Part shown: piece by piece, positions 23,926 to 33,506 of the stretch
How positions within the stretch are numbered: the first letter of the stretch is position 1
How the letters are laid out: the number at the start of each line of letters is the position of its first letter
Source of the DNA: an uncultured Gemmatimonadales bacterium
Lineage (GTDB): Bacteria > Gemmatimonadota > Gemmatimonadetes > Gemmatimonadales > GWC2-71-9
NCBI GenBank assembly: GCA_963695555.1
Contig: CAVOGR010000005.1
Span: 256,001 to 320,000 of the forward strand
Reading direction: 5' to 3'
Length of the DNA stretch: 64,000 nucleotides
Position numbers and translations under genes: made by a program
Notes under the pieces: generated by a model
The model's database searches: none
Seen by the model: the letters and a program-made list of their open reading frames with translations, nothing else
What the model was told of the DNA's origin: nothing

Positions 23926-24446
23926 GTGCCACTCCGGGCGCCGCGCCCCACGGCCACGAGACGGCCCCGTATGAACCGGTGTTCGTCGGGTCGGCGTTGA
24001 GCAAACTCGAGTCGCTGTTTGCGCAGTACCCAACCAAACAAGCCTGCCTCCTGCCCGCGCTCTGGATGGTGCAAGACGCCCGCGGCTGGGTGTCGGAGTC
24101 CGCTATGGCCGAGGTTGCGGACGTACTCGGCCTCACGCCCGCGTTCGTCAAGGGCGTCGTGACCTTCTATACCATGTACCACCTCCACCCCGTGGGGCGG
24201 CATTTCATCCAGGTCTGCACCACGTCGCCGTGCGGCCTCTGCGGGGCGGAGGACGTGCGCGATGCGATCCTGGAAGCGACCGGCTGCGAAGAATTGGGAA
24301 GGACGAGCCCCGATGGGCGGTTCACGGTCATCGAGGTCGAGTGCCTCGGCGCCTGTGGGTTTGCCACTCCCATTCTGATCGACGACGACTTCATCGAGAG
24401 CGTCACGGCCGAACGGGTGCCGGCCCTGTTGGAGGGCTACGAGTAA
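23922..24446 (+). CDS. nuoE: NADH-quinone oxidoreductase subunit E
   Basis: VTFYTMY, VCTTSPC, ECLGACGFA. Confidence 0.95.
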   Translation: MSATPGAAPHGHETAPYEPVFVGSALSKLESLFAQYPTKQACLLPALWMVQDARGWVSESAMAEVADVLGLTPAFVKGVVTFYTMYHLHPVGRHFIQVCTTSPCGLCGAEDVRDAILEATGCEELGRTSPDGRFTVIEVECLGACGFATPILIDDDFIESVTAERVPALLEGYE

Positions 24447-25753
24447 TGGGTTACCCGCATCCGATCCATCCCAAAGAGACACCGGTGCTCTCCACCCACT
24501 TCGGAGACGCCGCCGCCCGCTCGTACGCCGGTTGGGTGGAGCGGGGGGGCTATCAGGCGCTGCGCAAGGCACTCGCCATGACACCCAACGACGTCACCGA
24601 GGAGGTCAAGGCGTCGGGCCTCAGGGGTCGCGGTGGAGCAGGCTTCCCGTGTGGGCTCAAGTGGTCATTCATGCCCAAGAACTCGGGGAAGCCGCATTAC
24701 CTGGTGTGTAATGCCGACGAGTCGGAGCCGGGCACGTTCAAGGACCGGGAGATTATGCGGTGGACGCCGCACGCGCTCATCGAGGGGTGCGCCATTGCCG
24801 CATACGCCATCGGTGCGGAGCGCTGCTACGTCTACATCCGCGGCGAATTCACCGAGCCCCTCCGCATCATGACCACGGCCATCGAGGAGGCCTACGCCAA
24901 CGGCGTGCTCGGCACGAACGTGATGGGCAGCGGGACCACCATCGACATGATCATTCATCGCGGGGCCGGCGCCTACATCTGCGGCGAGGAAACGGCCCTG
25001 ATGAACTCCATCGAAGGCAAACGCGGCAACCCCAGGATCAAGCCGCCCTTTCCGGCGCAAGCCGGTGTCTTCGGCATGCCGACCACGGTGAACAACGTCG
25101 AGACGTTGGCCGCGGTGCCGCACATCGTCACTCGAGGAGCGGCGTGGTACAAGGGCCTCTGCCTCGGCAGCGACAAGAGCACCGGCACCAAGCTGTTTTC
25201 GGTGTGCGGCCAGATCCAGCGGCCTGGGAACTACGAAGTGACGATGGGCACTCCCATGCGGGACCTCGTCGTCGACATGGCCGGCGGGGCCGGGCCGGGG
25301 CGGACCCTGAAGGCGGTGATTCCCGGCGGCTCATCGGTTCCGATCATGACCGTCGCGGAAATGGAAGACTGCGTCTGCGACTACGAAGGTGTCATGGCGA
25401 AGGGGTCCATGCTCGGTTCGGGCGGTATGATCGTGATGGACGACAGCGCCGACATGGTCTATCAGATCTGGCGCCTGGCCCGGTTCTACGCCCATGAGTC
25501 GTGTGCCCAGTGTACCCAATGCCGAGAGGGAACGGCGTGGACCACCAAGATCCTGGAGCGCATTCTCCGGGGGCAGGGGGAGCAAAAGGATCTGCAACTG
25601 CTCATGGACTTGTCCGAAAACATGACCGGCAAGACCATCTGCGTGTTGAGTGATTCCTGTGCCGCGCCGATCGTGAGCGGCATCCAGAAGTTTCCCGAGG
25701 AATTCGAGGCCTATATCTCCAAGCGCCGCCAGCCGGCACTCAGCCCAGCGTAA
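24446..25753 (+). CDS. nuoF: NADH-quinone oxidoreductase subunit F
   Basis: GLRGRGGAGFP, NADESEPGTFKD, GAGAYICGEETAL, ESCAQCTQCREG. Confidence 0.97.
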   Translation: MGYPHPIHPKETPVLSTHFGDAAARSYAGWVERGGYQALRKALAMTPNDVTEEVKASGLRGRGGAGFPCGLKWSFMPKNSGKPHYLVCNADESEPGTFKDREIMRWTPHALIEGCAIAAYAIGAERCYVYIRGEFTEPLRIMTTAIEEAYANGVLGTNVMGSGTTIDMIIHRGAGAYICGEETALMNSIEGKRGNPRIKPPFPAQAGVFGMPTTVNNVETLAAVPHIVTRGAAWYKGLCLGSDKSTGTKLFSVCGQIQRPGNYEVTMGTPMRDLVVDMAGGAGPGRTLKAVIPGGSSVPIMTVAEMEDCVCDYEGVMAKGSMLGSGGMIVMDDSADMVYQIWRLARFYAHESCAQCTQCREGTAWTTKILERILRGQGEQKDLQLLMDLSENMTGKTICVLSDSCAAPIVSGIQKFPEEFEAYISKRRQPALSPA

Positions 25754-25758
25754 CGCCG

Positions 25759-27339
25759 ATGCCCGACGACCTGGTTACGGTAACGATCGACGGCATCGCG
25801 GTGCAGGTGCCGAAAGGCACTCCGCTCATCGAAGCCGCGAAACGGGCAGGCATTCTGGTGCCCCATTACTGCTACCATCCGTCGCTGCCGGCACCGGCGG
25901 TGTGCCGGATGTGCTTGGTCGAGGTGGAGAAGGCCCCGAAACTGCTCCCGGCCTGCGTGACCACCGTGGCGGACGGCCAAGTGGTCCATGTCCATAGCGA
26001 GGCGGCCGAACAGGCCCGCGAGGGCGTGCTCGAGTTCCTGCTGATCAACCATCCGCTCGATTGCCCGATCTGCGATCAGGCCGGCGAATGTGAATTGCAG
26101 AACTACGTGTTCCAGGAAGGCCGGGCCGGCTCCCGGTACGACGACTATCCCAAGCGATTCAATCCGGTGGAGGACTTCGGCCCGGACATCCTGTACGTAC
26201 CCAATCGGTGCATTCTCTGCACCCGGTGCGTGCGCTTCATGGATGACGTGGCGAAGACCCCGGTGCTCAACGTCTCGGAGCGCGGCGATCGCGCGACGAT
26301 CGGCATCTTTCCGGAGACGACGCTGGACCACCCGTGGTCCGGCAACGTCGTCGACCTGTGCCCGGTGGGCTCGCTCGTCTCGAAGGATTTTCTCCACAAA
26401 GCGCGTGCCTGGGAACTGGACAAGACGGCCAGCATCTGTCCGGGCTGTACCCAGGGCTGCAACGTGACGATCGAGACGCGGGAGCACAACGTGGTGCGCC
26501 TGCGACCCAGGCCAAACATGGAGGTAAACCGGCACTTCATCTGCGATGAAGGCCGCATGAACTACCGGTGGATGAATCGCGGCGACCGGGTTGAGGCCCC
26601 TCGGGTGAAAGACGGCGCCCGCCATCAGGCCGTGGATTGGGACACGGCCCTCGCGCGGCTGGCCGAGTCCCTCGTGGGCACGCGCGGCTCCGCCGTGCTC
26701 CTGGCCAGCGCGCGGGCCTCGACAGAGTCCTTGGGACACCTCCGCCGCATGCTCGACCGCTTTGACGTGACCGCCGCCGTGAGAGTGCCGCTCGGTGATG
26801 AAGCGCCGCTCGAAGGAATTCCGGGGCTGGCCCTGAGGGCGGAGCGGGCTCCCAACCTGGCCGGTGCCCACCTCATGGGCTATACGGCCAAATGGGACGA
26901 CGCCGTCCGTGCGGCGGCGGCCGCGGCCGTGGTGGTCGTGGTGGATGAGCTCCTGACCGAGGCCGAGTTGGCTACCGCCCGCCGGGCGGGCCTGCTGGTG
27001 GTACTGAGCACGCTGGAATCGGACGACCTCGACCAGGCCGATCTGGTGTTGCCCATCACGACCATGGCCGAGGAGTCTGGCACATATCTCAACCGCGACC
27101 ACCGGCTGCAACGCTACCTGCAAGCGAAAGCGGCACCGGGCATGGCGCGTCCCGCCTGGTGGGCGGCGGTCGAAGCACAAGCCCGAGCCGATGGCCTAGC
27201 CACGGCCCCGGGCTCGGCCGCCGAGGCATTTGCGGCGTTGGGCGACCACGTGCCGAGCCTCGCCGGTCTTACCTACGCCGACATCGGATTCGTTGGCCGG
27301 ATCATCGGTCGGCATGCGGCGGTGGGAGTCGAGCGGTGA
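25759..27339 (+). CDS. nuoG: NADH-quinone oxidoreductase subunit G (short form)
   Basis: CYHP, CRMCLV, HPLDCPICDQAGEC, CILCTRC, CPVG, CPGCTQGC. Confidence 0.93.
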   Translation: MPDDLVTVTIDGIAVQVPKGTPLIEAAKRAGILVPHYCYHPSLPAPAVCRMCLVEVEKAPKLLPACVTTVADGQVVHVHSEAAEQAREGVLEFLLINHPLDCPICDQAGECELQNYVFQEGRAGSRYDDYPKRFNPVEDFGPDILYVPNRCILCTRCVRFMDDVAKTPVLNVSERGDRATIGIFPETTLDHPWSGNVVDLCPVGSLVSKDFLHKARAWELDKTASICPGCTQGCNVTIETREHNVVRLRPRPNMEVNRHFICDEGRMNYRWMNRGDRVEAPRVKDGARHQAVDWDTALARLAESLVGTRGSAVLLASARASTESLGHLRRMLDRFDVTAAVRVPLGDEAPLEGIPGLALRAERAPNLAGAHLMGYTAKWDDAVRAAAAAAVVVVVDELLTEAELATARRAGLLVVLSTLESDDLDQADLVLPITTMAEESGTYLNRDHRLQRYLQAKAAPGMARPAWWAAVEAQARADGLATAPGSAAEAFAALGDHVPSLAGLTYADIGFVGRIIGRHAAVGVER

Positions 27340-28577
27340 CCCCCGAGCTCAAGGGGTTCCTGCTCGTCGCCAGCGTCAAGATGGTGGTGGTCTTCGTCGT
27401 GGTCCTCGTGTGGGTGGCGCTCTTGACGCTCATGGAGCGCAAAGTGTCGGCCTGGATCCAGAATCGGTTGGGACCGAACCGGGTGGGCCCTGGCGGCCTG
27501 CTTCAGCCGGTGGCCGACGGGATCAAGAACTTCATCAAAGAAGAGACGCTGCCGAAGGTGGCCAACCCGGTACTGTTCGTGCTGGCGCCGGCGATGTCGT
27601 TCATCCCGGCCATGCTCCTGTCCGCGGTCATTCCGTTTGCCGCTCCGCTGCCGCTCGAGTTCGACTTCACGCTGCCGATCGTCGGCCGCATGGTGCATTC
27701 GGGCGCGACGCCGATGGTCGTCGCCGACTTGCCGGTCGGATTCTTGTTCGTGCTGGCGGTGAGTTCGATGGGCGTCTACGGTATCGCCATTGCGGGCTGG
27801 TCGTCGAACAGCAAGTACAGCCTTCTGGGGGGCCTCCGCGCCAGCGCGCAGATGGTGTCCTATGAGGTGGCCCTCGGACTGAGCGTGCTGCCCATCCTGC
27901 TGCTGGCGGGCAATGTGTCGTTCTCGTCGGTCATCGCCGAGCAGCAGGCCGGGCTCTGGTACGTCCTGCCGCTCTTCTTGTCGTTCTTCGTGTTCCTGAT
28001 CTCGGGCCTCGCGGAAACGAACCGACTGCCGTTCGACATGCCGGAGGCCGAGTCGGAGCTGATCGCCGGATACCACACCGAGTACAGTGCGATGAAGTTC
28101 GCCATGTTCTTCATCGCCGAATACGCCAACATGATCACCGTGTCGGCCATGACGGCGACGCTGTTCCTGGGCGGTTGGGATATTCCGTTTACCGCGTGGG
28201 ATCAACAAGGCGGGGTGGCGCAAACGCTGGCCACCGGCGGGTTCTTCGTGGCGAAAGTGATGGTGTTCATCTTCATCTTCATGTGGATCCGCTGGACGCT
28301 GCCTCGCTTCCGCTACGACCAACTCATGGCGCTGGGCTGGAAATTCCTGATCGAGGTGGCCACGGTCTATTTCGTGGTGATCGCAATCGCCATACACGTG
28401 ATCGGGCGGGTGTGGGGGGTGACTGATCCTCGCGCGATGGGGCTCTGGCTGTTTGGGTTGAATCTGGTGCTGTGCTACGTGGTGTTCATGCTGCTGGATC
28501 GCGGCAATGTCATTGAAGGGAGCTCGCCGCAGCGACGCGCCGCCCCCACCGAGGCCCTGGAGTCCGAATGGCGATAA
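27336..28577 (+). CDS. nuoH: NADH-quinone oxidoreductase subunit H
   Basis: ERKV..IQNRLGPN, QPVADGIK, GGLRASAQMVSYE, ETNRLPFDMPEAESEL, PRFRYDQLM. Confidence 0.97.
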   Translation: MTPELKGFLLVASVKMVVVFVVVLVWVALLTLMERKVSAWIQNRLGPNRVGPGGLLQPVADGIKNFIKEETLPKVANPVLFVLAPAMSFIPAMLLSAVIPFAAPLPLEFDFTLPIVGRMVHSGATPMVVADLPVGFLFVLAVSSMGVYGIAIAGWSSNSKYSLLGGLRASAQMVSYEVALGLSVLPILLLAGNVSFSSVIAEQQAGLWYVLPLFLSFFVFLISGLAETNRLPFDMPEAESELIAGYHTEYSAMKFAMFFIAEYANMITVSAMTATLFLGGWDIPFTAWDQQGGVAQTLATGGFFVAKVMVFIFIFMWIRWTLPRFRYDQLMALGWKFLIEVATVYFVVIAIAIHVIGRVWGVTDPRAMGLWLFGLNLVLCYVVFMLLDRGNVIEGSSPQRRAAPTEALESEWR

Positions 28578-29074
28578 CGGTCAAGGTGTGTCGGCGTCCG
28601 GAACGGAACGTGAGCTACGTGCGGGCGGCGCTCAAGGGGATGCGGCTGACCTTCAAACATCTCCTCCAGCCCAAATTCACCATGCAGTACCCCGAGGAGA
28701 AGAGCCGGGACGATTGGACGCTCTCCTCCCGATGGCGCGGCACGCATCGCATGATGACGGATGAGGCCGGGCGGTCGAAGTGCGTCGCGTGCGGTCTCTG
28801 CCCGCAGATCTGCCCCGCCAACTGCATCAAGCTCGTGCCTGGCGAGGACGAGCATGGCAACCGCTATCCGCTGATCTACGAGATCGACGAATTCCGCTGC
28901 GTGTTCTGCGGCTACTGCCAGGAAGTGTGCCCCGAAGAAGCCATCCACGTGGGTGTCCATTTCGAGAACGCGGAATACGACCGTGCGCGGTTCGTGTACG
29001 ACTTGGAGCGGCTGTCCTCGCAGACGCATCCGGTGTCGACGTTATGGGATCCCACCGATCCCAGGGGCGAGTGA
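28568..29074 (+). CDS. nuoI: NADH-quinone oxidoreductase subunit I
   Basis: QYPEEK, CVACGLCPQICP, CVFCGYCQEVCP. Confidence 0.96.
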   Translation: MAITVKVCRRPERNVSYVRAALKGMRLTFKHLLQPKFTMQYPEEKSRDDWTLSSRWRGTHRMMTDEAGRSKCVACGLCPQICPANCIKLVPGEDEHGNRYPLIYEIDEFRCVFCGYCQEVCPEEAIHVGVHFENAEYDRARFVYDLERLSSQTHPVSTLWDPTDPRGE

Positions 29075-29628
29075 TGGCCGAGATCGTCTTCTATTTCTTC
29101 GCGGCCGCTGCCATCCTGTCCGCGCTCATGTGCATTACGCAGCGGAACCCGGTGGCCTCCGCGTTCTGGTTGATCTCGACGATGCTGACCCTCGCGGGCA
29201 TCTTCGTGTTGCTCGAAGCGCAGTTCATCGCGGCCGTCCAGGTCTTGGTCTACGCCGGCGCCATCATGGTGCTGTTCCTCTTCGTGATCATGCTGCTGAA
29301 CCTGAGCGACCGGGTAAGCGACATCCGGGGCAAGTTGAGCTGGGTCGTGGCGGCGCTCATTGCCGGCGCACTGGCCGCGTCACTCCTCACGCTCCGGGGG
29401 TATACCCCGGCGCGGCTGGCGCTCGAGGTGACCGGCTCGGCACAGATTCCGCCCGAGGTCGCGTTCCAGGCCGCGGAGTTGGCTCGGGCGGAGGCGGCAT
29501 CGCGGGGGATCATCGGCGTCTTCGCCGAGCCGCTGTTCGGATCGTACCTCATCCCCTTCGAGATCACGGGGTTGCTCTTGCTCACGGCGATCGTCGGCGC
29601 GGTCGTGCTGGCAAAGCGGAGGCTCTAA
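29074..29628 (+). CDS. nuoJ: NADH-quinone oxidoreductase subunit J
   Basis: [30 protein letters not shown]. Confidence 0.96.
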   Translation: MAEIVFYFFAAAAILSALMCITQRNPVASAFWLISTMLTLAGIFVLLEAQFIAAVQVLVYAGAIMVLFLFVIMLLNLSDRVSDIRGKLSWVVAALIAGALAASLLTLRGYTPARLALEVTGSAQIPPEVAFQAAELARAEAASRGIIGVFAEPLFGSYLIPFEITGLLLLTAIVGAVVLAKRRL

Positions 29629-29629
29629 G

Positions 29630-29926
29630 ATGCTGCTTGGCCCTTCGCTCGGCCTGTCCGCCATCCTGTTCGCGATCGGCGTGGCCGGTGTCATTCTCCG
29701 GCGCAACGCGATCGTGCTGTTCATGTGCATCGAGCTGATGCTCAATGCCGTGAATCTGAGTTTCATCGCACTGGCACGCTACCACGGCGTCAGCGGGCAG
29801 ATCATGGTCTTCTTCGTCATGACGGTTGCGGCGGCTGAGGCGGCGGTGGGGCTCGCGATCATCCTGGCCCTGTTCCGACATCGCGAGAGCGTCGATCTCA
29901 AGGACGCCAACGTGCTGCAAGGATAA
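29630..29926 (+). CDS. nuoK: NADH-quinone oxidoreductase subunit K
   Basis: RRN...[21 protein letters not shown]. Confidence 0.97.
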   Translation: MLLGPSLGLSAILFAIGVAGVILRRNAIVLFMCIELMLNAVNLSFIALARYHGVSGQIMVFFVMTVAAAEAAVGLAIILALFRHRESVDLKDANVLQG

Positions 29927-29931
29927 CCGGC

Positions 29932-31926
29932 ATGGCCGAACTCGTATCGGACGGATCGATGATCGGATGGGTCTGGGCCACCGTGGCCCTGGCCCTGGTC
30001 GGGTTCCTGGTGAACGGCGCCTTGGCGATTTGGAGGCCGACGGCCAAGCGAGCCGTGTCGATCGTGGGTCCGGGGGTGGTGCTCGCGGCCTTTCTGGTTG
30101 CGGCGGCGGCGTTCCTGGAGCTGTGGGGCGCCACCCCCGAACGGCCCTACATCCTGACCCTCTGGTCCTGGCTGCCGGTCGATACGCTCCACGTCGATCT
30201 CGCCTTCCAGGTCGACCAGCTCTCGGCCGTGATGATGCTCATCATCACGGGCGTCGGCGGCCTCATCCACGTGTTCAGCATCGGCTACATGCGAGACGAC
30301 CCGGGATACGCCCGCTACTTCGCGTATCTCAATCTCTTCATCGCCTTCATGCTGGTCCTGGTGCTGGGCGCCAATTTCCCGGTGCTCTTCATCGGGTGGG
30401 AAGGCGTCGGGCTCTGTTCGTATCTCTTGATCGGGTTCTGGTTCGAAGACCGGCTCAAGGCGGACGCGGGGAAAAAGGCCTTCATCGTCAACCGGATCGG
30501 CGACTTCGGGTTCCTGATCGCCATGTTCCTGATCTGGACGTCGGTGGGCTCGCTCGACTTTGTGGAGGTCTTCCGTGCCGCCCCCGGAGCGCTGCCGCTC
30601 GGCGGGGCGATGATCACCGCCATCACCCTGTTTCTTTTCCTCGGCTGCGTGGGCAAGTCGGCCCAGATCCCGCTCTACGTGTGGCTGCCCGACGCCATGG
30701 CAGGTCCGACGCCGGTGTCCGCCCTGATCCATGCCGCAACCATGGTGACCGCCGGGGTCTACCTCGTGGCACGCACCGGTGTCCTCTTCGCTATGGCGCC
30801 CGTCTCGAGCCTGGTGGTGGCGGGGGTCGGCGCGGTGACGGCGCTCTTTGCCGCTACCATCGGGCTCCGGCAATACGACATCAAGAAGGTCCTGGCGTAT
30901 TCCACCGTGTCGCAGCTCGGGTACATGTTCGTGGGCGTCGGCACGGGTGCGTTCGCCGCGGGCATTTTCCACCTGGCCACGCATGCGTTTTTCAAGGCGT
31001 TGTTGTTCCTGGGAGCTGGCAGCGTGATCCACGCGATGCATCACGCCTACCACGCCACCCATTCCGACGCGGACGCGCAAGACATGCGGAACATGGGCGG
31101 CCTCCGCGCCCACATGCCGTGGACCTTTGCGCTCATGGGCATCGCCACCCTGGCCATCGCCGGGATTCCGCCTTTTTCGGGCTTCTTCTCCAAGGATGAG
31201 ATTCTCGCCGCGGCGTTTGCTCGTGGCGGTGAGAACCCGGTCTACTACATCTACTGGGCGCTGGGATTGGCAGCTGCGGCCATCACCGCGTTCTACATGG
31301 CGCGATTGATGGCCATGACCTTCCTGGGAGCGAACCGGACCGGAGAAACAGAGCGCCGCCACCTGCACGAGGCCCCGTGGACCATGACCGGGCCGCTGGT
31401 GGTGCTCGGCATTCTGAGCTTGGCCGGCGGTATCATCAACCTCCCGGCCTTCGTGGGCGGCCACCACGCGCTCGAGACCTGGCTCGAGCCGCTGACTGCG
31501 GCGGCGCATTCGTTCGCGCCGCTGCACCTGCCGCACGGGACGACTGAGGCTGTGCTCATCGGCGCAGCGGTGCTGGTGGCCGTGGTGGGCCTCGTCTGGG
31601 GTGCCAGGGCCACGCTGGGAACGGCCATCGTGCCCGCCGGGCAGGCGGTCGAGGAGCGAGGGTTCTGGAAGGTGGTGTTCAACAAGTATTACGTCGACGA
31701 GTTGTACGACCGGGTCATCATCCGCCCGTTGATGTGGCTGTCTGAGACGGCCCTCTGGCGCGGCATCGATCAAGGGCTGATCGATGGAGTGGGAGTCAAC
31801 GGGACCGCCAAGGTGTCTCGTGCGCTTGGCTGGATCGGCAGCGCGCTCCAGACCGGGCAAGTGGGCTTCTACCTCGTGCTCTTCCTTCTTGGCGCGATCT
31901 GGATCATGCGCGCGGTGGTTGGGTAG
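29932..31926 (+). CDS. nuoL: NADH-quinone oxidoreductase subunit L
   Basis: GWEGVGLCSY, NRIGDFG, WLPDAMAGPTPVSALIHAATMV, HAFFKALLF. Confidence 0.97.
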   Translation: MAELVSDGSMIGWVWATVALALVGFLVNGALAIWRPTAKRAVSIVGPGVVLAAFLVAAAAFLELWGATPERPYILTLWSWLPVDTLHVDLAFQVDQLSAVMMLIITGVGGLIHVFSIGYMRDDPGYARYFAYLNLFIAFMLVLVLGANFPVLFIGWEGVGLCSYLLIGFWFEDRLKADAGKKAFIVNRIGDFGFLIAMFLIWTSVGSLDFVEVFRAAPGALPLGGAMITAITLFLFLGCVGKSAQIPLYVWLPDAMAGPTPVSALIHAATMVTAGVYLVARTGVLFAMAPVSSLVVAGVGAVTALFAATIGLRQYDIKKVLAYSTVSQLGYMFVGVGTGAFAAGIFHLATHAFFKALLFLGAGSVIHAMHHAYHATHSDADAQDMRNMGGLRAHMPWTFALMGIATLAIAGIPPFSGFFSKDEILAAAFARGGENPVYYIYWALGLAAAAITAFYMARLMAMTFLGANRTGETERRHLHEAPWTMTGPLVVLGILSLAGGIINLPAFVGGHHALETWLEPLTAAAHSFAPLHLPHGTTEAVLIGAAVLVAVVGLVWGARATLGTAIVPAGQAVEERGFWKVVFNKYYVDELYDRVIIRPLMWLSETALWRGIDQGLIDGVGVNGTAKVSRALGWIGSALQTGQVGFYLVLFLLGAIWIMRAVVG

Positions 31927-31931
31927 CGACC

Positions 31932-33506
31932 ATGGCCGACTTCCTCGTCTCCATCCGCTATTCGGAGTGGGTGCTCCACGCGCTCCTGATCCTGCCGCTC
32001 GTGGGCGTCCTTCCCGTTCTCATGGGTCCGCCCGCGCTTGCCAAGCGGCTCGCCCTGGTCATCGCCCTGGCCGAGTTCGTCCTGTCGCTGGGGTTGTGGT
32101 GGGCGTTTGATCAGATGGACGGAGGCATGCAGTTCGCGTCGGCAGCGCCGTGGCTTCCGGGATGGGGCATCTACTACCGCGTCGGGCTCGACGGGATCTC
32201 GCTGTTTATGGTACTGCTCACCACGGCACTGATGCCGCTGAGCGTATTGGGAAGTTGGACCTCTATCACCAGCAAGGAACGTGGGTACTACGCGCTCATG
32301 CTCGTGCTGCTCACGGGCATGATTGGCGTGTTCGTCGCCACCGACCTGTTCCTGTTCTACGTCTTCTGGGAAGTGATGCTGATTCCGATGTACTTCATCA
32401 TCGGGGTCTGGGGCGGTCAGAATCGACTCTACGCCGCCATCAAGTTCTTCATCTATACGATGGCGGGATCGCTCCTCATGCTGTTGGCGATCCTTGCCAT
32501 GGTGTGGCAGATCGGCAGCATCACCGGCGAGTTGAATTTCAGCTATGCCCACGTGCTGGCCCACGCCAACGTGGTCCACACCATGGCACCGTGGCTGTTC
32601 GCCGCCTTCGCGCTGGCCTTTGCGATCAAGGTGCCGGTGTTTCCGTTCCACACGTGGTTGCCGGATGCCCACGTCGAGGCCCCGACTGCGGGCAGCGTGC
32701 TCCTGGCCGGTGTGCTCCTCAAAATGGGCACCTACGGGTTCCTGCGCTTCGGGGTGCCGTTCTTTCCCGAGGTTGCCATGAGCCCGGTGGTGAGCAACCT
32801 CGTCATCGGGCTCGCCGTGGCCGGCATCATTTATGGTGCCCTGGTGGCGCTGGTCCAACCGGATATCAAGAAGCTGGTGGCGTACTCCTCGGTGAGTCAC
32901 CTGGGATTCGTCATGCTCGGGATCTGGGCCGCGACGCTCCAGAGCGTCGAGGGCGCCCTCATGATCATGATCAGCCACGGACTGTCCACCGGCGCCCTCT
33001 TCTTTCTGGTCGGGATGCTGTACGAACGGCGGCATACCCGTGAGATCGCCGCGTTCGGCGGCCTCGCCCGGGTGATTCCCATCTTCAGCCTGATCCTGAC
33101 CGTGGTTGCCCTCTCCTCGATCGGGCTGCCCGGATTGAACGGCTTCGTCGGCGAGTTCCTGGTATTGCTCGGCAGCTTCGCAGGTCATCCATGGGCGACG
33201 GGACTGGCCGCGACGGGCGTGATCTTTGCCGCCGCCTACCTCCTTCGCGCACTCCAGCGGCTGATCTACAATCCGCTCGAGCAGCCGGAGAACCGATCCC
33301 TCAAGGATCTGACCCCCCGAGAACTGGTGGTGCTCCTGCCGATCGTGGCGGGTATCGTATGGATGGGGCTCTATCCGAAGCCCTTGCTTCAGCGGATGGA
33401 ATCCGCGGCACAGCGCTACGTCGAGTACGTCGAGGCGGGCCGTGGTGCCGGGCCGGCCCGCTCGGGCGTGGCCATTGAGCCCGATAGCGCGAGGGCCGAG
33501 CCATGA
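31932..33506 (+). CDS. nuoM: NADH-quinone oxidoreductase subunit M
   Basis: FWEVMLIP, HTWLPDAHVEAPTAGS, AYSSVSHLG, LPGLNGFVGEF. Confidence 0.97.
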   Translation: MADFLVSIRYSEWVLHALLILPLVGVLPVLMGPPALAKRLALVIALAEFVLSLGLWWAFDQMDGGMQFASAAPWLPGWGIYYRVGLDGISLFMVLLTTALMPLSVLGSWTSITSKERGYYALMLVLLTGMIGVFVATDLFLFYVFWEVMLIPMYFIIGVWGGQNRLYAAIKFFIYTMAGSLLMLLAILAMVWQIGSITGELNFSYAHVLAHANVVHTMAPWLFAAFALAFAIKVPVFPFHTWLPDAHVEAPTAGSVLLAGVLLKMGTYGFLRFGVPFFPEVAMSPVVSNLVIGLAVAGIIYGALVALVQPDIKKLVAYSSVSHLGFVMLGIWAATLQSVEGALMIMISHGLSTGALFFLVGMLYERRHTREIAAFGGLARVIPIFSLILTVVALSSIGLPGLNGFVGEFLVLLGSFAGHPWATGLAATGVIFAAAYLLRALQRLIYNPLEQPENRSLKDLTPRELVVLLPIVAGIVWMGLYPKPLLQRMESAAQRYVEYVEAGRGAGPARSGVAIEPDSARAEP

